From Anaeromyxobacter sp. (lineage in GTDB: Bacteria; Myxococcota; Myxococcia; Myxococcales; Anaeromyxobacteraceae), in NCBI GenBank assembly GCA_049840735.1, contig JASGJN010000022.1:640001-704000 (forward strand): 64,000 nucleotides of DNA, written 5' to 3'. Below are positions 63,190-64,000 of the stretch, in pieces. The notes beneath the pieces are model-generated. The model worked only from the letters and a program-made list of their open reading frames with translations, did not search any database and was not told where the DNA came from. The translations under genes and the position numbers were made by a program. The stretch's first letter is position 1; every line of letters starts with the position of its first letter.

Positions 63190-64000
63190 ATGACGGACTC
63201 AGGGTATGTGATTCTCCGCCTGGCCGCGCTGCTCGGGCTGGCGCTCTCGGGTTGCCAGGGCTCGACCGGCGGCAGCAGCCTCCCGCCGCTCGCCTGCGAG
63301 GCGGGCAGCTGGCCGAGCGCCGGGACGACCGGCGTCCCGGCGGGCACCCCGGCGCTGACGGTCCTGGGGAGCGATTTGCACACCAGCGTCGACGGCCAGG
63401 TGTTCGACGCCGTGGAGCTGCGGGGACGCCTCTACGTCGACCACGCCGGGGTCACCATCCGCCGGTCGCGCCTGATCGGCGACGAGTACTACGCCGTCTA
63501 CGCGACAGCGGGCGGCCACGGCCTGACCATCGAGGACTCCGAGATCCTGGGCGGCGTCCGCATCCCGGACGGCTTCACGGGCCGGCGCAACCACCTGCAC
63601 GCCCCGGCCGGCGGGACGCGCGATGATGGGTGGTTCGTGAGCGCCTCCCACGTGCTCCTGGAGGACAACCTGATCGACGGGCTGGTGGGCGGCGACGGCG
63701 CCCACCTGGACGGCATCCAGGTCGCAGGGGGCCAGGACATCACCGTGCGGCACAACCGGGTGGAGGCCGTCTCACCGCCCATCTCGGGCGGCGGCGTCAA
63801 CGCGGCCATCTTCTTCGCCGCCGACCTGGGCGCGATCAGCGACGTCACCGTCGACTGCAACCTGCTGATCGAGCAGGACGGCTACTACCCGCTCCGCATC
63901 TACGACGCGCGCGGCGCGGTGGTGGTGCGCAGGAACCGCTGGGTGAGGGGCTTCCTGGGCGCGCCGGTGCACGTGGAAGACACGGGTCTCGCCGCCTGGG
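63190..64000 (+). CDS. Beta-helix lipoprotein, 3'-truncated by the window edge (absent from the ORF track)
   Basis: My translation: (MTDSGY)VILRLAALLGLALSGC lipobox, WPSAGTTGVP, AHLDGIQ, VRHNRV; no stop before 64000. Confidence 0.75.
   Translation, partial: MTDSGYVILRLAALLGLALSGCQGSTGGSSLPPLACEAGSWPSAGTTGVPAGTPALTVLGSDLHTSVDGQVFDAVELRGRLYVDHAGVTIRRSRLIGDEYYAVYATAGGHGLTIEDSEILGGVRIPDGFTGRRNHLHAPAGGTRDDGWFVSASHVLLEDNLIDGLVGGDGAHLDGIQVAGGQDITVRHNRVEAVSPPISGGGVNAAIFFAADLGAISDVTVDCNLLIEQDGYYPLRIYDARGAVVVRRNRWVRGFLGAPVHVEDTGLAAW

Overview
GC-rich bacterial window, most likely from an Anaeromyxobacter-like Myxococcota genome (judged from the pomYZX cell-division cluster, gene content and codon style). 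Left to right: the 3' part of a two-HxK phospholipase-D-family nuclease coupled to an SF2 helicase (defence-like, possibly Azaca-type); a tRNA-Arg/Ser/Ser cluster; a two-component system; serS; an ECF sigma/anti-sigma/Spy-like trio; two tandem paralogues of a double-domain adenylate kinase; tldD-pmbA; pomY-pomZ-pomX; sthA; dapC-dapD-dapE; several exported proteins; an accessory patch at about 40-47 kb (orphan Lon-N domain, radC with a duplicated fragment, IS5-like and TnpB-like remnants); a TetR-controlled fadL-like / aldolase / aminotransferase / FGGY kinase / MFS locus; and a TPR protein, a NarL-type two-component pair and a truncated beta-helix lipoprotein. Four signals stand out. (1) A shared 19-bp operator links the FadL-type porin to the aldolase-aminotransferase-kinase operon, suggesting an undescribed catabolic route for a lipid-like amino-polyol. 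(2) A dispersed palindromic REP-like family has covarying stems, seeds two tandem arrays, brackets genes and sits in frame inside pomX and pomY. (3) About 16 single-base frameshifts occur, 11 of them at GATC, which looks like a sequencing-error footprint of DNA modification rather than real pseudogenes. (4) The duplicated double adenylate kinases have a degenerate second active site. All family calls come from motif recognition by eye; no database search was run.
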